64,000 nt of DNA, filler included, from an uncultured Methanoregulaceae archaeon (GCA_964530035.1; 8 parts of 8 records of this genome joined end to end with filler, not necessarily neighbours in it), one strand, 5' to 3'; shown: positions 43,103-52,132, counted from the whole stretch's first letter. The notes: generated from the sequence alone by a model not told the origin. Numbers and translations: made by a program.

Positions 43103-43547
43103 GGGTTTTCTCCCTCCTTCCCGGTGTGATGACCTGTCCCGGTGTTCTCCGTGAGATCCTCCTGCATCCCGTGGCAGTTCCGGGGCCTCTGCTGCCCCAC
43201 GTCCAGCCTTTGGTCCCGGGAATACCGCTTCGTCCGTTTCCGTGTGCTCTCCCGTGCCGGTCCCCTGCCGGACTTTCCAAAGTAGTCGGGAAGCAGTTGG
43301 TTCCGGGCGGTTCCAGGGCCGTGAAGAGTCCTGAATGCCGCGAAAACCGGGGTGTCCCCAGATACGCGTACCATGCGGTTTTCAGTAGGGGCAGGAGGCG
43401 ACCGGGGCGGATGGGGTGAACCCGGGAGAGATCTCCCCTGGAATGCAGGATACGGGATGACGTTTCTTCATGGCCCGGCCTCCGCCCGGTTTCGGCTCTC
43501 CCGTGCATAGCACGCGTTACAGAGGTCAAGGTCGGCACCAGGGTCAC
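43077..43547 (-). CDS. Possible hypothetical protein, or non-coding origin-like region
   Basis: ORF overlaps both neighbours, has no good start and is rich in GTYCCRGK-like repeats. Confidence 0.3.
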   Translation of the reverse strand: MTLVPTLTSVTRAMHGRAETGRRPGHEETSSRILHSRGDLSRVHPIRPGRLLPLLKTAWYAYLGTPRFSRHSGLFTALEPPGTNCFPTTLESPAGDRHGRAHGNGRSGIPGTKGWTWGSRGPGTATGCRRISRRTPGQVITPGRREKTHEEILAGL

Positions 43548-43918
43548 GCCAGGCCGCCGTTTCCAGGTGGCAAACCGAGCATCTGCCTATAGGCCGGGCC
43601 AGCCGGACGAAGGCTGCCGGGTTGATGATCCCCGGGAGTACCGGGGCGGACGCCCGGTCCCGCCTGGCCGCAGCCTGGTAACACCCCCGGCATATCCGGC
43701 GTGCCTCCCGGTCCCCCTCCGGCCGGGAAAGGCGCTCTTTCGTGAGTTTTTCGACGTAGGAGGCACCCTTCCTCCCGCAGACGTGGCAGGGGGCCCTGGC
43801 CTCGAACCGGTCAAGGACCTTGTAATCGCCGGCACGGACCCTGCAGGGGCTGTCCTCCATCGGGCACGGATGGTGCATGGAGCAGACCATTTCCGGCTCC
43901 CGTGCCCTGGTTCCCTGA
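43468..43918 (-). CDS. C-terminal double Zn-finger part of a larger protein (5'-partial)
   Basis: CHVC...ICRGCY and RCSVC...LCNACY; frame open to the contig edge. Confidence 0.7.
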
Positions 43919-44018
43919 NNNNNNNNNNNNNNNNNNNNNNNNNNNNNNNNNNNNNNNNNNNNTTAATTAATTAANNNNNNNNNNNNNNNNNNNNNNNNNN
44001 NNNNNNNNNNNNNNNNNN
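43919..44018. other. Artificial contig linker
   Basis: N + TTAATTAATTAA + N. Confidence 0.98.
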
Positions 44019-44093
44019 TTGTCTGGTAATCGGGGGCATGATCATCTGCCCAGAGTGGTACCGGGAACGATACTATCAAAAAGAAAAAGCTTG

Positions 44094-44906
44094 TCAGGCT
44101 CTTCTGATGATGGAACCTGTTGACTCCCCCCGGAGAGCCTTGGTAAGGTTTCCGGGCTTGTGGCCATTGATGATCCTGACTGAGTCGATGTTCTTTGCAT
44201 GGAGGAGCATTTCCGGAACCCGGCGTTCGAGAACAAGGTCCTCCATATCCCTGTCCAGAAGTTCCTGTGCTGTGATGTCAGGGATCAGCTCTGCATCTGT
44301 GTTTGTTACGGGGTTCTTCGTATAGAGTCCGTCCACGTTCTTAAGGAGAATGCATGACTTTGCCCCGAGTACTTCGGCAATGAGGAACGCCCCGGTATCT
44401 GTCCGGTGCGGAGGAATGACCCCGAGTGGAGAGGGTTGTTCATAGAGACCATACGGTGGTGTACCGTGCATAACCGGGATGACTCCAAGGTTGAGGAGCA
44501 TGGGCAGCTCCAGGAGGTCACCGGTATGAATCCTGACCCCATGGTAGGGTGACAGGAGAATCGCCACCATGATAGCATTCTGTTCGCTTACCTTTCCAGC
44601 CAGTTCCGCAAGCACTCCTGTTGGCATCCCGAGATCGAGGCCGATATCCAGGATATGTCGTACGCGGACCCCTCCGCCGGTCACGATGAGCATCCGGTGA
44701 TGCTGTGAAAGTTCTCCTATTTCACGAATAAGAGGAAGAAGAATGTCTTTTCCATAGTCGATGATGCCATGACCTCCGATCTTGACGACGTTGAGGTCAG
44801 GGACAAGCCGCATCTGGGCCTGGGATTCATATCTTGAAAGGAGGCCTTTCCTGACCAGGGACTCCCCCTGGAGCTTGTTGGCGAGTTCATGTCTTCCATG
44901 GCTCAT
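44094..44906 (-). CDS. Molybdenum storage protein (MosA/MosB)-like, amino-acid-kinase fold
   Basis: VKIGG..IID.G, TGGG.R.RH, G.PPY...P...IPPHRTD.G.FL.AE, DGLYT.NP, NG..PGNLT.AL.GE. Confidence 0.82.
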   Translation of the reverse strand: MSHGRHELANKLQGESLVRKGLLSRYESQAQMRLVPDLNVVKIGGHGIIDYGKDILLPLIREIGELSQHHRMLIVTGGGVRVRHILDIGLDLGMPTGVLAELAGKVSEQNAIMVAILLSPYHGVRIHTGDLLELPMLLNLGVIPVMHGTPPYGLYEQPSPLGVIPPHRTDTGAFLIAEVLGAKSCILLKNVDGLYTKNPVTNTDAELIPDITAQELLDRDMEDLVLERRVPEMLLHAKNIDSVRIINGHKPGNLTKALRGESTGSIIRRA

Positions 44907-45114
44907 GGCAATACCTTCTCCATACTAGATTGGCAGGAGTTGATATCTACTGATCCCTCTTCAGCACACTAAACAAACGCAAATCAGGTGATATATCAGT
45001 AAAAAACGATTTCCCGAGAATATTTGTTATTTGTCAAAAATAAATGCTTAAAATACAACCTATCTGATTTACCCTCCTTATATTTTAATAGCAAGACGGG
45101 AAGATATATGTATC

Positions 45115-46062
45115 ATGAAGCCATGGTGGTTTTTCACAGCCGGCCTTGTCGTCCTGGCGATCCTCGTTGCCGGTTGCACAACACCTTCTGAACCGGCAAA
45201 GCCTGTAACTACTCCCACTGTTACGACCGCAGTCCCGACTCCTGCGAACGTTTCACCTACAGTTCCGGTCAATGCAACACAGGTTGTTACGGTAGTCCAG
45301 ACGAAACCGCCCGCAGTGAATGCAACCGGGACGAATGCAACTGTTCCGACCCCGCCGGCAATCATTGGCAGCTGGGACCTGACCGGTGTCACGAGCTACG
45401 GGAGCCCCACCGCGATTATCCCCGGAACAAAGCTGATGACGGTCTTCAACGCGGACGGAGGTGCGGCTGGAAGTGCAGGCTGCAACGACTTCACCGGTTC
45501 TTGGAAGGCTGACGGAAAGAAACTCGCCATTTCAAACATAACTCCTGGCAAAAAAGTATGTTCTACGCCAGCCGGCGTGATGTCCCAGGAATCAATGTAC
45601 CTCTCCATCCTTGGGAACACTGCCTCATGGTCTGTGACTGGCGATGTACTTGCATTATCTGATGCCAAAGGTACAAACAAGCTCAGTTTCAAGAAATCTC
45701 CAGTGAAGGCGGTTTCACTTCCTGCAATCGTCGGGAGCTGGAACCTGACCTCCCTCATTGTTGGTGGCAATACCACGACTCCGGCAGGGAAGCCTGTCAA
45801 TGCGGTCTTCTCCCAGGGAGGCAACCTGACGGGAACGGATGGCTGCAAGGTGTATGCAGGGAGCTGGAAGGTCGAAGGAAGCAACCTTACCCTCGGAAAG
45901 GTAACCGTTACCGAAAAGGGGTGTGACCCGTCGGTCATGACCGGGGACTCCGGCTACATCAACATGCTGCAGGGAGTTTCGAGCTTTACAGTGAAAAACA
46001 AGGAGCTTACCCTGTCTGATAAGACCGGCTCTGTTAAAATCGTCTTGAAGTCGGTTTCCTGA
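45115..46062 (+). CDS. Lipoprotein with two META (HslJ-like) domains
   Basis: VAGC lipobox, Thr/Pro linker, GSAGCN.F.G and GTDGC.VY.G motifs. Confidence 0.85.
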   Translation: MKPWWFFTAGLVVLAILVAGCTTPSEPAKPVTTPTVTTAVPTPANVSPTVPVNATQVVTVVQTKPPAVNATGTNATVPTPPAIIGSWDLTGVTSYGSPTAIIPGTKLMTVFNADGGAAGSAGCNDFTGSWKADGKKLAISNITPGKKVCSTPAGVMSQESMYLSILGNTASWSVTGDVLALSDAKGTNKLSFKKSPVKAVSLPAIVGSWNLTSLIVGGNTTTPAGKPVNAVFSQGGNLTGTDGCKVYAGSWKVEGSNLTLGKVTVTEKGCDPSVMTGDSGYINMLQGVSSFTVKNKELTLSDKTGSVKIVLKSVS

Positions 46063-46328
46063 CTGGCATATTCAGAACAGATATCAGGGGGACAATAACG
46101 GCCGGGGAAGACCGCCGTGAAAGCCCCCCTCTTTTTGAAGGGTATATTGAATGGGGTGAAGCCAGAATGTCAGGATTCGACCTCCCGGGCAGTCAATATT
46201 CAAAGGGTTGGTCTGTCTTATTGCAAATTCGTAAATCATAGGGATTATTTCAAATTTAGCGCCTTTGATACAAAATATTTGTCAGGATACAAAGGGATAT
46301 CTATAAGCAATTGTAATAGCATACCGGG

Positions 46329-46344
46329 TATACCAATTGGTATA
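46329..46344. promoter_or_regulatory. Perfect 16-bp palindrome, putative operator
   Basis: TATACCAATTGGTATA, 22 nt upstream of the ATG at 46367. Confidence 0.55.
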
Positions 46345-46366
46345 TCACATGTTACCGGAGTGATCC

Positions 46367-46573
46367 ATGATGAAAATCTATGTTCGTGAACGCCAGAAAG
46401 TAGGCGAAGGAGTCAGGCAGCCGAAATACCGTATCGTCGCGGTTACCGGTGGTCAGGTCCAGATTGAGGCCACCCATTTCAGGAAGATGGAAATCGAACA
46501 GATAGCGAAGGATATAGGGGCTGAATTGGTCTTCCTTGAGCCAGTCCCTGACGAAGAGAAAAAGAAGCATTAA
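46367..46573 (+). CDS. 68-aa hypothetical protein
   Basis: GGAGTGA RBS; plausible composition. Confidence 0.72.
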   Translation: MMKIYVRERQKVGEGVRQPKYRIVAVTGGQVQIEATHFRKMEIEQIAKDIGAELVFLEPVPDEEKKKH

Positions 46574-46625
46574 CCCTTTTTTCCATCACCCTTATCTGGC
46601 AATGGGGTGAATATCCTTCTGTTTC

Positions 46626-46988
46626 ATGCCCAGACTGTCGATACCCCTCATCTTTGATGCAAGCGCCCGCCTGATGATTGACGAGGGCCATTTTACGATA
46701 ACCTTCGGTCATGATTCGGTTGCCTTCAAGATCCCGACAACCCGGAGCCTTGCCGAGTACCTTAAGGTCCCCCATTATTATGTCCTACCCCTGTTTGCTG
46801 CCATGGAGGAGGAGGCCCTGGTCACTCGTGCCGAGCGGGTCGGGATCATGACAACACCCGAAGGTACGCGGAGGATGATTACCATCTTGTCTACATCATA
46901 CCTTGAGGAAAGCCGGGCAATACTCGGGGATGACCTGTTCCACCTGTTCCTCGAACGTATCGAAAATACCGGCAAGCTCCGGGGGTGA
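46626..46988 (+). CDS. Putative GntR-like wHTH protein
   Basis: KIPTTRSLAEYLKV...MEEEALVTR..RVG resembles LPS.R.LA..L.V...LE.EGL..R...G. Confidence 0.6.
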   Translation: MPRLSIPLIFDASARLMIDEGHFTITFGHDSVAFKIPTTRSLAEYLKVPHYYVLPLFAAMEEEALVTRAERVGIMTTPEGTRRMITILSTSYLEESRAILGDDLFHLFLERIENTGKLRG

Positions 46989-47013
46989 CCGTGCCTCAAT
47001 ATGGAATAATGGT

Positions 47014-48087
47014 TCATGTCTTGAACAGATGTACGGCGGTCGCCTTAATCGCGGCGGTTACTGGTGAACCCTTCGAGATAGAAAGGTCTTCGATCGTCGT
47101 CCGGGTCAGGAACGCCGTTATGATGATTCCGCAGTCGACCTTTACTGCGGTGAAGGGACCATAGGGAAACAGTTCGATAATTTTCCCGGGCAGGAGGTTC
47201 CTGGCGCTCGTTTTTCCGGTATCTCCCACGATGAGGGTTACGTCTTCGGCACGGAAACTGGCGGTTACATTTCCCAAGGCACGCCATTCGGATCCGGATA
47301 CGAGGACCACGCCCTGGGTTTCGAACCGTATACAACCTTGTGACGAATCTAAAACCTTGCCTTCAAAGATGTTTTCAACACCAACATAATGAGCGACGGG
47401 AGTGCTCCCCGGCATATGGAATATCTCGACCGGTGTCCCGACCTGGCAGAGCTGTCCATCGATGATAACCCCGATCCTGTCACAGAGGCGTTGTCCCTGG
47501 ATAAGGTCGTGGGTCGACAGGATAATGGTCATTCCCTTTTCGCGGTTCAGTCTCCTGATAATCTCCTCAATCACAACAACCGACTTCGGGTCAAGGTTTG
47601 CCGTAGGTTCGTCAAGGAGGAGGAGATCGGGAGAGATTACAATTGCCCGGGCCAGGGCCACCCGCTGGGCTTCACCGCCGGAAAGCGTCCGCGCCTTCCT
47701 TTGTTCGTAACCCGCCAGTCCGACCTCCTGAAGAGCATCCTTGACAAGTGGGTGCCGTCCTGACTCGTGCACACCACGGAACCTGAGCCCCATGCCGATA
47801 TTGTCTTCGACTGAAGCATTGAACATGATCGGTTTCTGGAAGAGCATTGCCATCCTCCTTCCGACCGGGTCAGCGCCCTTTCCTGTGCGTACGACGGGAG
47901 AACCATCAAACTGGTAGTTCCCAGTGCTTGGTTTTTCGATAAGATTGATGATTTTCAGGAGCGTGGTCTTTCCCGACCCGCTCGGCCCTATGATTCCGAA
48001 TATCTCCCCTCTTTTTACCTTCAGGGAAATATCCTTCACAACACTGCGTGACTCGTAGGTCATCGTTACATGGTCAAGGTCGATCAT
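47014..48087 (-). CDS. tupC: Tungstate ABC transporter ATPase with TOBE domains
   Basis: GPSGSGKTT, LSGGE, LLDEPTANLDP; C-terminal SARN.L.G.I...IKATAV. Confidence 0.85.
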   Translation of the reverse strand: MIDLDHVTMTYESRSVVKDISLKVKRGEIFGIIGPSGSGKTTLLKIINLIEKPSTGNYQFDGSPVVRTGKGADPVGRRMAMLFQKPIMFNASVEDNIGMGLRFRGVHESGRHPLVKDALQEVGLAGYEQRKARTLSGGEAQRVALARAIVISPDLLLLDEPTANLDPKSVVVIEEIIRRLNREKGMTIILSTHDLIQGQRLCDRIGVIIDGQLCQVGTPVEIFHMPGSTPVAHYVGVENIFEGKVLDSSQGCIRFETQGVVLVSGSEWRALGNVTASFRAEDVTLIVGDTGKTSARNLLPGKIIELFPYGPFTAVKVDCGIIITAFLTRTTIEDLSISKGSPVTAAIKATAVHLFKT

Positions 48088-48779
48088 GACAACCCCCTCT
48101 GCTGCATGATAAAGAGTCCAAGGTTGACCACAACCGCCACTCCGAGTAGGATGATTCCAAGGGCAATAGAGAGTGGAAAGTCGCCCATTGAGGTCTCAAG
48201 TGCGATGGCGGTCGTGAGCACCCGCGTGGAACCACGAATATTGCCTCCTATCATCATCGCTGCACCGACCTCAGAGATAGCTCTCCCGAATGCAAGGACA
48301 ATGGCTGCGAAGATGGCGAACCGCGCCTCCTTCATGATGGTCAGTATTGAATCAATCCACGACGCCCCGAGGGAAACGATGGTCTCACGCATCTCCTTGT
48401 CAATATTAGAAAGGGCTGAAATGGTGAGTCCTGTCAGGATGGGGATGATGAGGATCATCTGGGCGATGACCATGCCCTCCTGGGTGAAGAGAAGTTCCAT
48501 GAAACCGAATGGTCCTGCACGTGAGATGAGCAGGAAGAGAAACAACCCCGCGATAACAGTTGGAAGTGAATAAAGGGTCTGGATGACTACGATAACCGCC
48601 TTCTTTCCCCGGAAATCGTAGAAATGGATGAGACCTCCCAGCGGCAGCGAGACAAGGGCCGCAAGCGCGGTTGCTGCAAGGGAGATCTGGAGAGACCTGA
48701 TAGTTATTTCAATGACTTCCGGGTCGAGAGTGAGGATCAGATCGATAGCCTTGATGAAACCTTCAACAATTTCGTTCAT
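48084..48779 (-). CDS. tupB: Tungstate ABC transporter permease
   Basis: LPTVIAGL....LISRAGP.G...LLFT and FGRAISEVGA.M.IGGNIRG.TRVLTTAI. Confidence 0.9.
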   Translation of the reverse strand: MNEIVEGFIKAIDLILTLDPEVIEITIRSLQISLAATALAALVSLPLGGLIHFYDFRGKKAVIVVIQTLYSLPTVIAGLFLFLLISRAGPFGFMELLFTQEGMVIAQMILIIPILTGLTISALSNIDKEMRETIVSLGASWIDSILTIMKEARFAIFAAIVLAFGRAISEVGAAMMIGGNIRGSTRVLTTAIALETSMGDFPLSIALGIILLGVAVVVNLGLFIMQQRGLS

Positions 48780-48927
48780 GATCGCCTCCGTGTATATCCG
48801 GCCTCCAAGGAACCCGGCAATCATCTGACGAAATACCTGGCCCCCTTCCTGGCCTCATGCGAGAGAATGGGCAATCACCGGGAAAAGGAATTACGAACAA
48901 TTTTTTTTGCATAAAAAAAGGGGAGGT

Positions 48928-50889
48928 TCAGGCCTTGGCCATGAATGGCTTGAACGCATCGGAGATGTTTCCCCCACCAGTTGCCGGCGTGTTCTTGATC
49001 AGCCCCGATTTCTCGAGGATAGCCTGGCCGTCCGGCGAGAGGAGCATGACGACGAACTTCTGGCCCCCATCCTTGTTCATGGCATTGGTCGGAACGGTTG
49101 CTCCGTAGAGGATTGCTGAACCGGTATCAGTCCCGGAGGCCCGTTTTACCTGGACGGTACTGTAGATCTTCTCCATGTTCTGGTTGGAGAGGTCGATCTC
49201 CTCTGGGAGCGTGATATACTGGAGGCCCGCGTCCTTCATGACGTTTTCGTACCCGATACGGTAGTCGACCTTGCCCGTTTTCATCAGGTTAGCCGCCTCG
49301 TCAGCAGTCTCGTAGATGATATACTTCTTGCCATCGGTCTTCGGGTTCCTGACATCGATGATATACTTGCCGTTGTTGAAGTCACGGGTGATGCTGCTGT
49401 GCTCACGGATCAGCTTGTCGAACAGGAAGTCCTTGCCGTAGAACCGTTCCGCGAGCTGGATCATAATCGGTACACGGTATCCGCCCGGGTCGGTATTGGG
49501 GTTGGATCCCATGAATGTCACGCCGTCCTGCATCAGGACATCATACCAGTTGTCCTTGGTTATTGACGATGCACCCGTGCTGTTGTTGGTGAACCCAATA
49601 ACCATCCGGTTCTTGGCGAAGTTGACATAGCTGTCGGCATACTTCGGCATCATGTACTGGGGTATGAGGAAGTTGTCCGCGCTCGCTACGACGTCTGCCT
49701 GTTTTCCATTCTTTGTGACCTTGTCTACCGCGACCTGGCTGGCCGAGCTGAACAGCTGGAGGTCATACGTCGGGTTGGCCTTGTCAAAGACCGGGACCAT
49801 CTGCTTGAACGCACTTGCAAGGCTGCCGGCATGGTAGACAATCACCGGCCTTTCCGCAATTGCCGGGTTCATACAGTCACAGTTGAAAGGCGCCTTTCCA
49901 CATTGGTCGGCTCCAAGCGGCGTGAAGAGTGACTTCCCATAGGTGTCCTTGCCATAGTTACCCACGAATTGTTTTCCTTCATCCGAAACGATCCAGGTGA
50001 TGAACCTGTTGGCTTCGGCAAGGTTGACCCCCTTTACCTTCCCCGGGTTGATCGCAATGGCACTGTACCTGTTCAGGAGTGCATCGCCCTCGGTAACCAG
50101 CGGGACAAGGCCGAGTTTTGACTTGAACGCGAGGAAGGTCCCTTCATCCGTAAGGGTATATGCTCCCTTCTCGTTTGCGAGCTGCAGGGTTTCACCCATG
50201 GACTTTCCGGTCTCGATATACCACTTGCCGGATTTCTGGACCTCGGTTGTGTAATTCTTCTTGGCCAGGCTCCAGATGGACTTTTCAGCGGTATGTGTCC
50301 CCGAATTGTCGCCACGCGATGCGAACATGACCTTTGCATCGCCTTTCTTTCCAAGTTCCATGATCTTGGCAAAGGCAGCTTCGGGTTTCATTCCCTTGAT
50401 TCCGGCAGGGTCGCTCTCCGGGCCGACGATGAGGAAGTAGTTGTATGCGAAACACCTGGGGTTCAGACCATAACCATCTTCAATGAAAGCACTTTCCTGT
50501 GATGGTGAATGGACGAGAAGCAGGTCGACGTCACCCTTCTTGGCGAGTTCAATTGCCTTTCCCGTGCCCTGAGAGGTTATCTTCAGGTCGACACCGTATT
50601 TTTTCTTGTAGAAGTCCTGAACGGCGTCAAGGAGTTTCGTATCATATAACGACGTGGTAGTCGCGATCTTCAGCGTCCCGCTCCCTGGTACAATTTGAGC
50701 GGTCGGGGCAGTTGTGACATTGGTTGTCTGGTTCACCACGGGCGCCTGGGTTGTTGGCGGGAGTGTCGTGGGAACCTGAGTCGTCGTCCCCCCACTCGGG
50801 GTCTGGGTACAGCCTGCCATGAAAAGAGCCGCCGCGAGGACCACGGCGACAAGCACGAACAGGGTAAATTGACTGCGATGATTGCTCAT
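48928..50889 (-). CDS. tupA: Lipoprotein: TupA domain fused to a WtpA/ModA-like domain
   Basis: MAGC lipobox; ATTTSLYDT, VHSP and SRGDNSGTH (TupA), then YHAGSL, DVVASAD, SNPNTDPGGYR and LPEEIDLS (WtpA) in one ORF. Confidence 0.88.
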   Translation of the reverse strand: MSNHRSQFTLFVLVAVVLAAALFMAGCTQTPSGGTTTQVPTTLPPTTQAPVVNQTTNVTTAPTAQIVPGSGTLKIATTTSLYDTKLLDAVQDFYKKKYGVDLKITSQGTGKAIELAKKGDVDLLLVHSPSQESAFIEDGYGLNPRCFAYNYFLIVGPESDPAGIKGMKPEAAFAKIMELGKKGDAKVMFASRGDNSGTHTAEKSIWSLAKKNYTTEVQKSGKWYIETGKSMGETLQLANEKGAYTLTDEGTFLAFKSKLGLVPLVTEGDALLNRYSAIAINPGKVKGVNLAEANRFITWIVSDEGKQFVGNYGKDTYGKSLFTPLGADQCGKAPFNCDCMNPAIAERPVIVYHAGSLASAFKQMVPVFDKANPTYDLQLFSSASQVAVDKVTKNGKQADVVASADNFLIPQYMMPKYADSYVNFAKNRMVIGFTNNSTGASSITKDNWYDVLMQDGVTFMGSNPNTDPGGYRVPIMIQLAERFYGKDFLFDKLIREHSSITRDFNNGKYIIDVRNPKTDGKKYIIYETADEAANLMKTGKVDYRIGYENVMKDAGLQYITLPEEIDLSNQNMEKIYSTVQVKRASGTDTGSAILYGATVPTNAMNKDGGQKFVVMLLSPDGQAILEKSGLIKNTPATGGGNISDAFKPFMAKA

Positions 50890-50937
50890 AACCATCAGAA
50901 TATTAGAAAATGATGTTAAGAATATTTGCATTTATGT

Positions 50938-50965
50938 TTTTGTTAATATTTAATAGTTAACAAAA
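50938..50965. promoter_or_regulatory. 9-bp inverted repeat upstream of tupA, putative operator
   Basis: TTTTGTTAA-N10-TTAACAAAA about 50 nt upstream of the start. Confidence 0.5.
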
Positions 50966-51210
50966 TGGAAAGGTCATGAAAATAACGAATAACAATTGGT
51001 TTTTTGCTGATATACCAGAGAAAAACCGATGGAAACCGAACCCGGTGATTATTCATTCGTTTCTTTGCTCGCAAGACAGCAAGCCGGATCCTGAATCCCA
51101 GTAATGGTATTTTCTTCAAAAAGTGGAAAGAACATCTGGCAAAACCTGATGGAATGTAACGATCAGGAAACTATTCGCCCTGCATCCCTCGATTCACCAT
51201 AGATCCGGAG

Positions 51211-51951
51211 TTATTGATGTCCTTTCAAATTGCCGGGATGTGTTGAGGTTTCCTTTGAACATTCAATCCGGTGACAACCGGTATAAACATTCATGCTCTC
51301 ACGCTTGACAAAACCGATTATCGTCAGGTCCCCTTCCGTTGCAACCCGGATAGCCTCTGTTGTGGTCGCACCCCGGGTTGCCGCGACCGGGATCCCGGCG
51401 ATGATACATTTCCTCGCCATCGCGGCGGATATCCGGCCGGAACATACGACAAAGGAGTTCCTGAAATCAATATTGTGCATAAGGCCGAACCCGATTACCC
51501 TGTCCAATGCATTATGCCGCCCGATATCCTCAGCCCGGTAGACCACAGCAGGTGGTACAATAAGTCCCACTGCCTGTGCGCCCCCGGTCCGGTTGTGCAG
51601 GTCAGATTCAAGCACCTCGAACAGACCTCTTGTAATCGTTTCTACAGGTACCCGGGGTGCGCCTGCAGGGTCTGCCGTACGCTGCGGAACCGTTTTGGTA
51701 CTGCGTTCCACTACTACTCTGGCGGTTTCACCGTCAATTTCGAGAGAAACAAGTTCCGATATTCCCCTTATAGACCCGGTGGTAAATAAAAAACCTGTGA
51801 CGAACTCGGGGAGGTCCACCGGGCTTGTCATTGCAGTCGTGATGACAGTACCATTCACAGATATTTTCAGAGGGATTTCCACCATTACTTCATCTGCAAA
51901 ATGTTCTGCCTTGGTTCCGCGGATTCTCAACGATGGAATGCTTCTGAACAT
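51211..51951 (-). CDS. fdhD: FdhD-family protein (Cys loop missing)
   Basis: E.PL.I.VNG, F..GFLF, TGG, EDIGRHNALD.VIG, SGRIS, IGFV. Confidence 0.82.
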   Translation of the reverse strand: MFRSIPSLRIRGTKAEHFADEVMVEIPLKISVNGTVITTAMTSPVDLPEFVTGFLFTTGSIRGISELVSLEIDGETARVVVERSTKTVPQRTADPAGAPRVPVETITRGLFEVLESDLHNRTGGAQAVGLIVPPAVVYRAEDIGRHNALDRVIGFGLMHNIDFRNSFVVCSGRISAAMARKCIIAGIPVAATRGATTTEAIRVATEGDLTIIGFVKRESMNVYTGCHRIECSKETSTHPGNLKGHQ

Positions 51952-52132
51952 GATCACACCATTAACCCGGATGGCAGTAACGACCACACGACGATACGTG
52001 CGGGAGGAGTGTGAAGGCTGACGGTAATCCCGGCCCTCCGTTTACCATGGGAATATCAGTTCTCCTGCTACAAATTCATGACTCCTCCCCCTGTTTCCGG
52101 GAGGTGCCGTCTGCCTGCCGAAGTGCCGGTAC

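Larger units (their letters stand above)
35244..43918. mobile_element. Probable small integrative plasmid/virus-like element (internal part) with cargo
   Basis: GC-rich co-oriented hypothetical genes at both contig ends, AT-richer unrelated genes between, no housekeeping genes; no integrase visible. Confidence 0.55.

Noticed and set aside
44094..44906. Uridylate kinase pyrH
   Set aside because: Same fold, but the motifs and the tungstate-transporter context fit MoSto-like proteins better
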